Positions 8,135 through 16,862 of a DNA stretch of 64,000 bases are shown in pieces (positions within the stretch are counted from its first letter, which is position 1; each line of letters begins with the position of its first letter). Position numbers and translations under genes: made by a program. Source of the stretch: Clostridia bacterium (GTDB lineage: Bacteria; Bacillota; Clostridia; UBA1381; UMGS1253); the NCBI GenBank assembly GCA_045537695.1, contig JAZSQB010000069.1, forward strand, positions 4,730 to 68,729, in the 5' to 3' direction. Under the pieces are notes generated by a model, which worked only from the letters and a program-made list of their open reading frames with translations, did no database searches and was not told where the DNA came from.

Positions 8135-9484
8135 ATGAAAAAGCCTACTTCTATAAAAACTAGAATAACAATATGGTACACAACACTTATGTTTGTACTT
8201 GTATTAGTTGTGCTTTCTTTAGTTGGCGGACTTTCTTATCAACTTTCCATAGACAGTATTGAAAAAGATGTTATTCTTCAGGTTACACAGGTGACTGAAA
8301 AGCTATCCAAAAGACAGCCCGGTGTATTTGAAATAGTTGAAAATAAAGAAGAATTTAAAAATGTATCCATTTATGAGATTGGCGGGAAATATCTTGTCGG
8401 GCAGTATAATTACGATGTTGTAAACATCCCGTTTGAAGAAGGTATTCCCCGAAGAGAAAATATAGACGGGAAAGATTATATCGTTTATGATACACGCACT
8501 CCGGGACCCCCCGGGATGCGTGGCGGCTTTTGGATAAGAGGTGTGGAATCGGTTAATTCTACGATGCTTTTGGGACGTTCTGCGATTATAATAATGCTTA
8601 TTTTAATACCGCTTATCCTATTTTTAACAGCACTTGGCGGATATTATATTACTAAAAGAGCATTTCGACCTGTAAACAATATTACAAAAACTGCAAATGA
8701 TATTTCTGCACAAAAGGATATTTCACGACGAATTGAAATATCTCCCGATTCAAAAGAAGATGAACTTCATCACTTGTCAGTTACTCTTAATAAAATGCTT
8801 GATAAAATTGAAAACCTTATCAAGCAGGAAAAGCAGTTTACTTCGGATGCTTCTCACGAACTAAGAACACCAATAAGCGTTATTCTTGCACAAGGCGAAT
8901 ATCTTTTGGATATTGCAAAGGATGAAAAAGAAAAAGAACTTGCTCAGACAATAGTTGATAAATCAAAACAGGTTTCAAAGCTTGTATCAAGACTTTTGCT
9001 CCTTGCAAGAATAGACCAAAACAGACAAAAATTCAATAAGGAAAAGGTTGACCTCGGTGTGATTATTGATGTTGCAGTTGACAGTATGAAAGAATTGGCA
9101 GCACAGAAAGAAATTCTGCTTTTCTCAAATGTAGCCGAAGGTATTATTGTGGATGCAGATGAACCATTGCTTCTATCTGCAATTACAAATCTTATCAGCA
9201 ACGGAATTAAGTACGGCAAAGAGTCCGGTCATGTATCTGTATCAGCTTCAAAGATTGGTGACAGAACAGAAATCATAGTTGCAGATAACGGCGTAGGAAT
9301 ATCAGGAGAAAACATTGATAAGATATGGACTCGCTTCTATCGTGTTGATGATGTCCGCAATGACGAATACGGAAGCAGTGGATTAGGTCTTTCAATGGTG
9401 AAAAGTATAATCGAACTACACGGTGGAGAGATTACTGTAAAAAGCAATATCGGTCAGGGAACAGAATTCAGAATTATGTTATAA
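8135..9484 (+). CDS. sensor histidine kinase (2 TM, HAMP, HisKA, HATPase_c)
   Basis: H-box FTSDASHELRTP. N-box NLISNGIKYG. G-boxes DNGVGI and GSSGLGLSMV. Confidence 0.9.
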   Translation: MKKPTSIKTRITIWYTTLMFVLVLVVLSLVGGLSYQLSIDSIEKDVILQVTQVTEKLSKRQPGVFEIVENKEEFKNVSIYEIGGKYLVGQYNYDVVNIPFEEGIPRRENIDGKDYIVYDTRTPGPPGMRGGFWIRGVESVNSTMLLGRSAIIIMLILIPLILFLTALGGYYITKRAFRPVNNITKTANDISAQKDISRRIEISPDSKEDELHHLSVTLNKMLDKIENLIKQEKQFTSDASHELRTPISVILAQGEYLLDIAKDEKEKELAQTIVDKSKQVSKLVSRLLLLARIDQNRQKFNKEKVDLGVIIDVAVDSMKELAAQKEILLFSNVAEGIIVDADEPLLLSAITNLISNGIKYGKESGHVSVSASKIGDRTEIIVADNGVGISGENIDKIWTRFYRVDDVRNDEYGSSGLGLSMVKSIIELHGGEITVKSNIGQGTEFRIML

Positions 9485-9642
9485 ATGTAGAATTTGTTTA
9501 AATAAGTTTTTATCTAAAAAGAAATTTTACAATATAAACAAACAGAGTCCCCGAGAATTTTGAACAGAACCAGTAAAAACGGACAATGACAAAAAAGACC
9601 TCCTATGGTAGAATAAAATAAACTACCATAGGAGGATTTTTT

Positions 9643-9978
9643 ATGCCGAGAAGTTACAGACATATGAAAGATTATGAATTAGAAATATTGGAGTTAAAAG
9701 CAGAAGGAAAGACCAATCGTGAAATATGCGAAAAGTTTGGTTTTGAAATGAAACAAATCAAGAATTTTATCAATAGATACAACAAAAATCAAAGGAAGAT
9801 AGCGGCAGGGATTTCAATTAAACGAAAAGGCAGACCGCTAAAAAACTATGTTGTTAGCGAACAAGAAAAAGCTGCAGAATTAAGATATATTCTTGCTCGT
9901 AAAGATGCAAAGATTAGAACATTAGAAATGGAAAATGAACTGATGCGGGATTTTCTCTCGCTCACAGAAAGGAAGTGA
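9643..9978 (+). CDS. IS3-family transposase OrfA (HTH)
   Basis: 111 aa with an HTH then a leucine-zipper-like tail. RBS AGGAGG upstream. Confidence 0.85.
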   Translation: MPRSYRHMKDYELEILELKAEGKTNREICEKFGFEMKQIKNFINRYNKNQRKIAAGISIKRKGRPLKNYVVSEQEKAAELRYILARKDAKIRTLEMENELMRDFLSLTERK

Positions 9979-10829
9979 GAGCAAGGGTAAAATATATGGT
10001 TATCTATCGTCATAAGGAAAAGTATTCGATTAGTGAGATGTGTAGATTTTTTGATGTATCAAGAAGTGGTTATTACAGTTATGTATCCCGTATGGAATTA
10101 CCAGCAAAAGATTTGCCTTTAGCTGAGAAGATAATGGAATGTCAAGAAAAATGTGGCAAAACTTATGGCTATCGTAGAGTACATATATGGCTTGAAAGAC
10201 AAGGAATACATCACAATCCAAAAACAATACTTCGAGTAATGCAGAAATACAACATGTTATCTGATGTCAGAAGAAAGAAATATCGTAATTATGGAGAGAG
10301 TTTACACCGCTACCCAAATTTGCTAAATAGAGATTTCAACGCAGAAAGACCAAATCAAAAATGGGTTACAGATATTTCATATATTAAAACTTATCAAGGA
10401 ACCTTGTATTTATCTGTAATTAGGGATTTATACGACAACAGTATTATTGCATATAAGATGGGAACAGAACAAAACACAAACCTTGTACTCTCAACAATTA
10501 GAGAGGCAAGGAAAAGAGAAAAGGTCACTACAGAGCTGCAACTCCATAGTGACCAAGGCTTTCAGTATACTTCACACGCGTACTTTAAGCTAACTAAATC
10601 ATACAACATTACGCCGTCAATGTCAAGAAAAGGTAATCCATACGATAATGCTTTAGCCGAAAATTTCTTCTCTATTCTTAAAACAGAGTGTATTTATCGG
10701 ACAAAGATTCAAACATACGATGACGCACGGCAGCTAATAGATGAATACATATATTTTTATAACAATGAAAGAATTCAATTAAAAACAAAACTGACACCGT
10801 ATGAAAAACGATGTCAGTATGTTGCATGA
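9975..10829 (+). CDS. IS3-family transposase OrfB (DDE integrase core), probably made as an OrfAB fusion by -1 frameshift
   Basis: WVTDISY, HSDQGFQYTS, NALAENFFSILKTE. The -1 frame is open from 9939. Confidence 0.85.
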   Translation: MRARVKYMVIYRHKEKYSISEMCRFFDVSRSGYYSYVSRMELPAKDLPLAEKIMECQEKCGKTYGYRRVHIWLERQGIHHNPKTILRVMQKYNMLSDVRRKKYRNYGESLHRYPNLLNRDFNAERPNQKWVTDISYIKTYQGTLYLSVIRDLYDNSIIAYKMGTEQNTNLVLSTIREARKREKVTTELQLHSDQGFQYTSHAYFKLTKSYNITPSMSRKGNPYDNALAENFFSILKTECIYRTKIQTYDDARQLIDEYIYFYNNERIQLKTKLTPYEKRCQYVA

Positions 10830-10930
10830 TTATTTGATAATTACTACCGTAGTAGTCTTTTTTGTGCTGTCTGCACAAAATGGTGCAGTTCATTTTTCTC
10901 GGGGACTTTTATCATAATTAAATATATTTT

Positions 10931-10988
10931 TGTGTCAAACTCTTTAAATAGTCTTTTATACTCCCTGACACCAATCCTGACACCAATT
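10931..10988. repeat. att-like repeat copy B1 (Y arm + core variant CTGACACCAATCCTGACACCAATT)
   Basis: Y arm TGTGTCAAACTCTTTAAATAGTCTT.. matches 16863-16896. Core at 10965-10988. Confidence 0.7.
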
Positions 10989-11113
10989 TTTTATGAAATA
11001 TATAGTGTTATACGGGAATATATAGAATTCAGCTTTTGTGAAACCCCCTTGTATATAGCCATTTAGAAAGCTTTATAAGGATATATAGACTTATAGAAAA
11101 AAGTACATGAGTT

Positions 11114-11130
11114 ACTATACCTAATTTCAT
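11114..11130 (-). pseudogene. relic of a ychF 5' end (codons 1-6, MKLGIV)
   Basis: Minus strand ATGAAATTAGGTATAGT versus the genuine ATGAAACTCGGTATAGT at 3412-3396 (15/17 identical). Same upstream RBS block. Similarity ends after codon 6. Confidence 0.55.
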
Positions 11131-11277
11131 AAGTTTTAAATCTCCTTTATTTTCAAGGGTTTCAGAATTGGTCTGACACCAATTTGACACCATTATAATT
11201 TTATTGTTGATAAATTTTATACTAAATAATCATATCACAATGTTGGATAATAGTCAATTATTCTGCGTGTTTTTGTT
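11114..11277. repeat. att-like repeat copy B2 (relic ychF start + upstream arm + core + X arm)
   Basis: 24/24 and 22/22 identical blocks with copy A. Last 31 nt of the X arm are identical to copy A. Confidence 0.8.
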
Positions 11278-11425
11278 CTGATTTTTGTGTTTCTGATTGA
11301 GAAATGTTATAAAACGTACTTTTTAGATGTTAAATAGTTTGTGAGTAAGATTATACCTTAAACCGCACCTCAGACGGTAGTGGATTAATTACAGATATGA
11401 CTGCATGCCTTTTAACGAGCGAAAA

Positions 11426-12304
11426 TTAATTTTTATAATGAATATTTTTATATTCACGAGGAGACATACCCATTATTTTATTAAAATTACGGTTAAAAGT
11501 AGAAAAATCATTATATCCGCACAGTCCGTAAATGGCGGTGATTTTATAGCCTTTTTTTATATATGAAGTTGCCGCCTTTATACGGCATGTGTTTAAGTAA
11601 TCATTAAATGAATGACCTGTTGTTTTAAAAAACAGTGCACAGAAATTGCTCTTTGACATAGCGGACTTCTTCGAAATTTCGTTTAATGTAATTTTATCTG
11701 CAAAATTATTTTCTATGTATTCGACGCAGTGGAGAACAAACTGTCTGTTGTCTTCAAAATGCTCTGATATATCGTGTTCATCCTTTGTGAAATACTCGCG
11801 GGCAAGCATTGTAACAAGTAACTGTGCATAGGCTTGTACCGTATCGTAATAAGCGATTGGCTTTTGGTTGAATTCTTTTAAAATGTGCGCCATTATGTTT
11901 TCAATGTAGAAAATTTCTTCAGAATTCATCAAAACTTTTGGTTTTACATATATGTCTTCGTTTGATTGCAGCGAACGAAGAAAATTTCTTGCAAGCTTGT
12001 TGGTGGTATACTGATCAAAAAACAGTTCCTCCATAAACGAAAAAGAGTAAAACACTGTGTTGTGTAACGGAGTTATGCAGTGTGTTACACCGGGCGGAAT
12101 AATAAACATATCTCCTTGCGTTAAGTGCGCTGACTCATTTTCAACATTGTGTTCAAGGCTTCCCTTTGATATATAATAAATCTGAAAATATTCGTGAGTG
12201 TGCGGTTTTTGCGCTTCTGTTACCTTGGCGAGTTTTTGAATATGAAAGTTTTCGGTGGAGTTTTCATAATAAGAAAGAACAAAATTTTTGACATCCATCA
12301 TCAT
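11426..12304 (-). CDS. AraC-family transcriptional regulator (cupin sensor + HTH)
   Basis: 292 aa. N-terminal cupin-like (HTHEYFQIYYI). C-terminal AraC HTH (GYNDFSTFNRNFNKIMGMSPREY). Confidence 0.9.
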   Translation of the reverse strand: MMMDVKNFVLSYYENSTENFHIQKLAKVTEAQKPHTHEYFQIYYISKGSLEHNVENESAHLTQGDMFIIPPGVTHCITPLHNTVFYSFSFMEELFFDQYTTNKLARNFLRSLQSNEDIYVKPKVLMNSEEIFYIENIMAHILKEFNQKPIAYYDTVQAYAQLLVTMLAREYFTKDEHDISEHFEDNRQFVLHCVEYIENNFADKITLNEISKKSAMSKSNFCALFFKTTGHSFNDYLNTCRIKAATSYIKKGYKITAIYGLCGYNDFSTFNRNFNKIMGMSPREYKNIHYKN

Positions 12305-12340
12305 TCACCTCTGTTTGCATTATAACATCCTTTTAGAATT

Positions 12341-12372
12341 AATGCAATATAAAAAAGAAAAAATGCAATATA
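12341..12372. promoter_or_regulatory. candidate operator: perfect direct repeat AATGCAATATA x2, 21 bp apart, in the divergent araC / atuA-like intergenic region
   Basis: AATGCAATATA at 12341-12351 and 12362-12372. Confidence 0.45.
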
Positions 12373-12413
12373 TATGCTTTTTGTTGTGCTAAAATTAAAA
12401 TGAGGTGATAGAT

Positions 12414-13727
12414 ATGAAAATAGTTGCATTAAACGGACTTTTAGGGTATGGGTACAGCAAAGAGGCTTTGGATGTCGCTTTTTCAGAAAAGGTTGATTAT
12501 CTTGGCGTGGATGCAGGCTCAACCGATCCCGGGCCGTATTATCTTGGAAGTGGTAAATCATTTACAGACCGCGGTGCGGTAAAAAGAGATGTATCCTTGG
12601 CTTTGCCAAAGGCATTGGAACATAAAGCGCCGTTTATCATCGGCAGTGCGGGCGGCGCAGGCAGCAGTGAACATGTTGCATGGCTGAAAGAAATCATTTT
12701 AGAGATTGCAAAAGAAAAAAAGCTTAATTTTAAATTGGGTACAATTTTAAGTGATGTATCCACTGCGTACGTACTTGAAAAATACGATAACGGTAAGTTG
12801 ATAGATATGAGTAGCGAGTTTCCTGCAGATAAAAACGCAATCCAAGACAGCGTACGTATTGTGAGTCAGATCGGTATCGCGCCGATTATAAAGCTGCTGG
12901 AAGAAAAGTGCGATGTTATTTTATGCGGACGAGCGTGCGATACGGCAATTTATGCTGCACCGTGCATATATGAAGGCTATAAAGAAGGTCTTGCTTTTCA
13001 TATGGCAAAGATTATGGAATGCGGTGCTATGTGTTCCGAGCCGGTTGCGGCGGCTGATGTTATGCAGGCGTATATGTATGACGATTACTTTGAGCTTCGT
13101 CCTGCAAATCCAATCAGAAAATGTACGGTTGACAGGGTAGCAGCACATACACTTTATGAACAATCGAATCCTTATTTAATATTTGAGCCTGATGGTGTTT
13201 GTAATCTTACAAACTCTGTGTTCACACAAGTTGACGAAAGAACGGTGAGAGTTTCCGGCTCGGTATTTGAAGAAGCGCCGGAAAAGACCTTAAAGTTGGA
13301 AGGTGTCAGATGTGCAGGTTTCAGAACAATATGCCCTGCCACAATTTATGATCCGAAAACCATAGAAAATTTTGATTTTATTGTTAATACAGTAACAGAA
13401 TTTGTTAAAGAAAATACAAAAGAGACAATGCCTGATAACAGTTATAAGCTTTTCTTTAAAACCAGCGGCGGAAAAGAAAGTTCTATGGGTGTTGTAATAG
13501 ACGTTGTAGGAAAAACACAGGAAATTGCTGATACAGTATGTGCACTGATCAGAAGCAGAATGCTTCACTGTGACTATGTAGGAAGAAAATCATCCGCAGG
13601 CAATCTTGCATTTCCATTTTCACCTTCAGATATTCACGTGGGGGCTGTTTATGAATTTTCCGTGTTCCATCTAACAAAGGTGAATTCTCTTATGGAAACG
13701 GCAAAAATTCTGATCGAGGAGGTTTAA
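12414..13727 (+). CDS. AtuA-like (DUF1446, acyclic terpene utilisation family) protein
   Basis: About 437 aa. N-terminal ..NGLLGYGYS..LGVDAGSTDPGPYYLGSG typical of DUF1446. ATG at 12414 has GAGGTG 8 nt upstream (the track start 12405 is a GTG). Confidence 0.7.
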   Translation: MKIVALNGLLGYGYSKEALDVAFSEKVDYLGVDAGSTDPGPYYLGSGKSFTDRGAVKRDVSLALPKALEHKAPFIIGSAGGAGSSEHVAWLKEIILEIAKEKKLNFKLGTILSDVSTAYVLEKYDNGKLIDMSSEFPADKNAIQDSVRIVSQIGIAPIIKLLEEKCDVILCGRACDTAIYAAPCIYEGYKEGLAFHMAKIMECGAMCSEPVAAADVMQAYMYDDYFELRPANPIRKCTVDRVAAHTLYEQSNPYLIFEPDGVCNLTNSVFTQVDERTVRVSGSVFEEAPEKTLKLEGVRCAGFRTICPATIYDPKTIENFDFIVNTVTEFVKENTKETMPDNSYKLFFKTSGGKESSMGVVIDVVGKTQEIADTVCALIRSRMLHCDYVGRKSSAGNLAFPFSPSDIHVGAVYEFSVFHLTKVNSLMETAKILIEEV

Positions 13728-13728
13728 A

Positions 13729-14028
13729 ATGAAAAAACTGATTGATTACACAAAAATTTTAAGAAGCAAAAATGCAGGTCCTCTTTTTATTACATTTGAT
13801 TTGATTTTCCATACAAAAGAAGATATGCAGTATGTAGAACAAAAGCTTACAAAAGCAGACATTGTAAAAGCTTATGATGTTGCCGAGGAGAAAATAGATA
13901 TTATCGCCTACGGTGTTGTAAATTCCATTAAAATAACTTTCCCAAGAAAAAATATAAGCGGCAGTCTTGCAGATAACGATATTTACGGATGTCAGCAACA
14001 TATGCCGCTGGCAAATATTGAAATATAG
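13729..14028 (+). CDS. DUF4387 domain protein (usual partner of AtuA-like proteins)
   Basis: 99 aa. ..LRSKNAGPLFITFDLIF.. motif. Starts 1 nt after the previous stop. Confidence 0.65.
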   Translation: MKKLIDYTKILRSKNAGPLFITFDLIFHTKEDMQYVEQKLTKADIVKAYDVAEEKIDIIAYGVVNSIKITFPRKNISGSLADNDIYGCQQHMPLANIEI

Positions 14029-14037
14029 CGGGGGATT

Positions 14038-15240
14038 ATGGCAATGTATGCAGATAAAGATTATATAATTTCGTTAAGACGTGAAATGCACGAATATCCT
14101 GAAATCGGGTTTGATTTACCTAAAACAATTGCGGTTGTAAAAAGAGAGCTTGATAAACTCGGTATTGAATATACTACAAAATACGGAGAATCAAGTGTAG
14201 TAGGTATTATAAACCCTGATAAAAAACATTTTACAATTGGTATTCGTGCAGATATGGATGCTTTGTTGATTGAAGAAAAGACAGATTTACCTTTTAAATC
14301 AAAAATCAAAGGGCAGATGCACGCCTGTGGACACGACGCGCATACAGCAATGCTTTTAGGTACTGCCAAAGCCTTAAAAGAAATGGAAGATAAGATTTGC
14401 TGCAGAGTTATGCTTGTTTTCCAGCCTAGCGAGGAAGGTATTAGAAGCGGCGCGGAGGCACTTGTAGCAGGCGGTCTTATGGATGAAATTGACGTTATCA
14501 TCGGTATGCATATTGAAAATTGGTTGGCATCCGGCTGCATCGGGGTATGCAAGGGAAGTTCGATGGCTTCCAGCCGTAGTTTCAAGCTTGATTTTTACGG
14601 AAAGACTGCGCACGCAACGTTACCGCACTCGGGCACTGATGCGTTGGCGACTGCCATCCGCACATACAATAACATTCAGTATATGCTTGGAAGAGAAATC
14701 AATCCGTTTTCGAAATATGTGTGTTCTGTAGGTAAACTTACGGGTGGCACTTCGCAGAATATTATAGCAGATCATGCCTATATGCTCGGCACAATCAGAA
14801 CATTTGATATGGAGTTGGATGCGTTCTTAATCAGAAGGATTGAAGAAATCGCGAAGAATGCCGCTGCAGAAGTGGGCGCAAAAGCGGAACTGGATACAAG
14901 TCTGAAGGCGTTTGTTGTATATAACAATCCCTATATTTCTGATTTGGTTCTTTCTGCAGGTGAAAAAATCGTTGGCAAGGAAAGGGTAGTAAATATGCCG
15001 GAAAAGCTTAGTTCGGAAGATTTTTCGCAGTATCTTACCAAAAAGCCCGGTGTGTTTTTAAGACTCGGCACACGCAATGAGGAAAAGGGGTGTGTGACCC
15101 TGCCGCATAATAATGATTTTTTAATAGACGAAGATGCGTTCCCTGTCGGAACTGATGTATGTGTTCAGTTTGTACTTGATAATATGGACGGTATAGATAT
15201 GGAGAGCGTTGAAAAATCGGATGAAAGGAAAAAGAGGTGA
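14038..15240 (+). CDS. M20D-family amidohydrolase (N-acyl-amino-acid deacylase / hippurate hydrolase type)
   Basis: HACGHDAH metal-binding motif, FQPSEE, about 400 aa. Alternative start ATG at 14044. Confidence 0.85.
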   Translation: MAMYADKDYIISLRREMHEYPEIGFDLPKTIAVVKRELDKLGIEYTTKYGESSVVGIINPDKKHFTIGIRADMDALLIEEKTDLPFKSKIKGQMHACGHDAHTAMLLGTAKALKEMEDKICCRVMLVFQPSEEGIRSGAEALVAGGLMDEIDVIIGMHIENWLASGCIGVCKGSSMASSRSFKLDFYGKTAHATLPHSGTDALATAIRTYNNIQYMLGREINPFSKYVCSVGKLTGGTSQNIIADHAYMLGTIRTFDMELDAFLIRRIEEIAKNAAAEVGAKAELDTSLKAFVVYNNPYISDLVLSAGEKIVGKERVVNMPEKLSSEDFSQYLTKKPGVFLRLGTRNEEKGCVTLPHNNDFLIDEDAFPVGTDVCVQFVLDNMDGIDMESVEKSDERKKR

Positions 15241-15246
15241 AACTTT

Positions 15247-16164
15247 GTGATTAAAACAGAAGTTTATGAACAGGCGCTTTTTGAAACAATTAAACGCGGC
15301 GCGACGGAAATTTCTCCGGATGTAAAAGAAGCGTTTATGAAGGCAATAGCGAGAGAAGAAAATGTTGATGCACAAAAAGGATTGAAAGCCACGCTGGAAA
15401 GCATGGAAATGTCGAAGGTGCGGGAAAATCCGCTTTGTGTGGATACGGGCTGGCCTATTTTCTATTTTAAGGTTGGTAATCAGTGTGAGATAGAAGGCGG
15501 ATTTGTAGAGCTCGAGAATGCTGCTCGCCGTGCGGTTGCAAAGGCTACAGAACTCGGTTATTTAAGAGCTACAATGAAACATCCTTTAACAGGATATGAC
15601 CCGGGAAACAACATAGGTATGAATATTCCTGATTTTACATATCAGTTTGTTGACGGTGATGCAATCGAGATGTCCTATGCAGCAAAAGGTGGCGGTAGTG
15701 AATGCTTCGGCGGCACAAGACACAGAATCGTCGCTTTTGCGGATGGAATAAAAGGTATTGAGAAATTTGTAATTGACAGCTTTGTGGCATCGGCAAGAGC
15801 GGGTGCGGTATGTCCTCCGTCAGTGCTTGGTATCGGTATCGGCGGAACAGCAAATGTTGCTGCAAATCTTGCTAAAGAGGCAGCGTGCTTACGAACTGTC
15901 GGCTCAAAGCACCCTGACCCGATGTTTGCAAAAATAGAAGAAGATTTATATGAAGCTATTAACAGTCTTGGAATAGGTATTTTAGGCGCAGGAGGAAGCA
16001 CCTCTGTACTTGCTGTAAATGTTGAATATGCATATACTCATATTGCGGGAATTGCCTGTGCAACGAGTACTAACTGTATGGTTGCGCGCCGTGCATCTAC
16101 AAGAATTGATGCAGACGGTAAAGTAACAAAAATGATAAGTCCCAACTGGTTTGGCGACAGATAG
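15247..16164 (+). CDS. Fe-S type hydro-lyase alpha subunit (fumarate hydratase / tartrate dehydratase N-terminal domain family)
   Basis: PLCVDTG, AAKGGGSE, CPPSVLGIGIGGT and a conserved late Cys (TNCMVARR). GTG start. Confidence 0.8.
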   Translation: MIKTEVYEQALFETIKRGATEISPDVKEAFMKAIAREENVDAQKGLKATLESMEMSKVRENPLCVDTGWPIFYFKVGNQCEIEGGFVELENAARRAVAKATELGYLRATMKHPLTGYDPGNNIGMNIPDFTYQFVDGDAIEMSYAAKGGGSECFGGTRHRIVAFADGIKGIEKFVIDSFVASARAGAVCPPSVLGIGIGGTANVAANLAKEAACLRTVGSKHPDPMFAKIEEDLYEAINSLGIGILGAGGSTSVLAVNVEYAYTHIAGIACATSTNCMVARRASTRIDADGKVTKMISPNWFGDR

Positions 16165-16174
16165 GAGGATACAT

Positions 16175-16798
16175 ATGGCAGAATACCATTTAACAGCGCC
16201 TTTAAAGGATGAAGATGTTAAAAAGTTAAAACTTGGCGATACCGTATACATTAGCGGTGAGTGTTTTACTTGCCGTTCAAGACTTCAAAAGTATATTTTC
16301 GATGAAGGAAATGTGTTGCCTTTTGATACAAAGGACAGAAACATTTTAATCCATAACGGACCTATTGTTGTCAAAGAGGACGGAAAGTGGCGTTTAGTTT
16401 CCTTTATGCCCACATCGAGCATCCGTTTTGAAAAATGGGGTGCAAAAAGTGTTTCTGAATGGGGGCTTAAAATGATTGTAGGTAAAACTACAATGGGTGA
16501 AAAAACGGCACATATGATGAAAGAAAAGAAGTGCGTTCACGTATCTCCGCGTTCTGTAAGCCCTAACCTCTGGATAGATTCAATAGAAGTGCAGGATGTT
16601 TATCTTTATGATGAACTTGGAAGAATTGAAGCTGCGTGGTTCTTTAAAATGAATGAATTAGGACCCTTTATCGTTGATATCGATGCAGAGGGTAATAATT
16701 ATTTTGACCATCTTGATAAAGATATAGCCGACAGAAAAGAGAAAGCTTTAAAAAAACTGGGTATTGATAATACTTTTGAATTTACAAAATTATATTAA
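16175..16798 (+). CDS. Fe-S type hydro-lyase beta subunit (fumarase C-terminal domain family)
   Basis: LKLGDTVYISGECFTCRS.., IVGKTTMG, AAWFFKMNELGPFIVDIDAEGNN. ATG at 16175 is preceded by AGGAGG. Confidence 0.8.
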   Translation: MAEYHLTAPLKDEDVKKLKLGDTVYISGECFTCRSRLQKYIFDEGNVLPFDTKDRNILIHNGPIVVKEDGKWRLVSFMPTSSIRFEKWGAKSVSEWGLKMIVGKTTMGEKTAHMMKEKKCVHVSPRSVSPNLWIDSIEVQDVYLYDELGRIEAAWFFKMNELGPFIVDIDAEGNNYFDHLDKDIADRKEKALKKLGIDNTFEFTKLY

Positions 16799-16804
16799 CG
16801 AGAA

Positions 16805-16836
16805 AAGGACAATGGAAATCAATCCATTGTCCTTTT
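16805..16836 (+). terminator. rho-independent terminator ending accessory module 2
   Basis: AAGGACAATGGA (16805-16816) pairs with TCCATTGTCCTT (16823-16834), then TTTT. Confidence 0.8.
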
Positions 16837-16862
16837 AATAATTTCAGGTGTTTTTTAGTTGT

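Larger units (their letters stand above)
9546..10907 (+). mobile_element. IS3-family insertion sequence (about 1.36 kb)
   Basis: Terminal inverted repeats AGTCCCCGAGAA.. at 9546 and the complement at 10907 (22/27 match). orfA and orfB in 0/-1 frames. DDE residues present in orfB. Confidence 0.85.
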
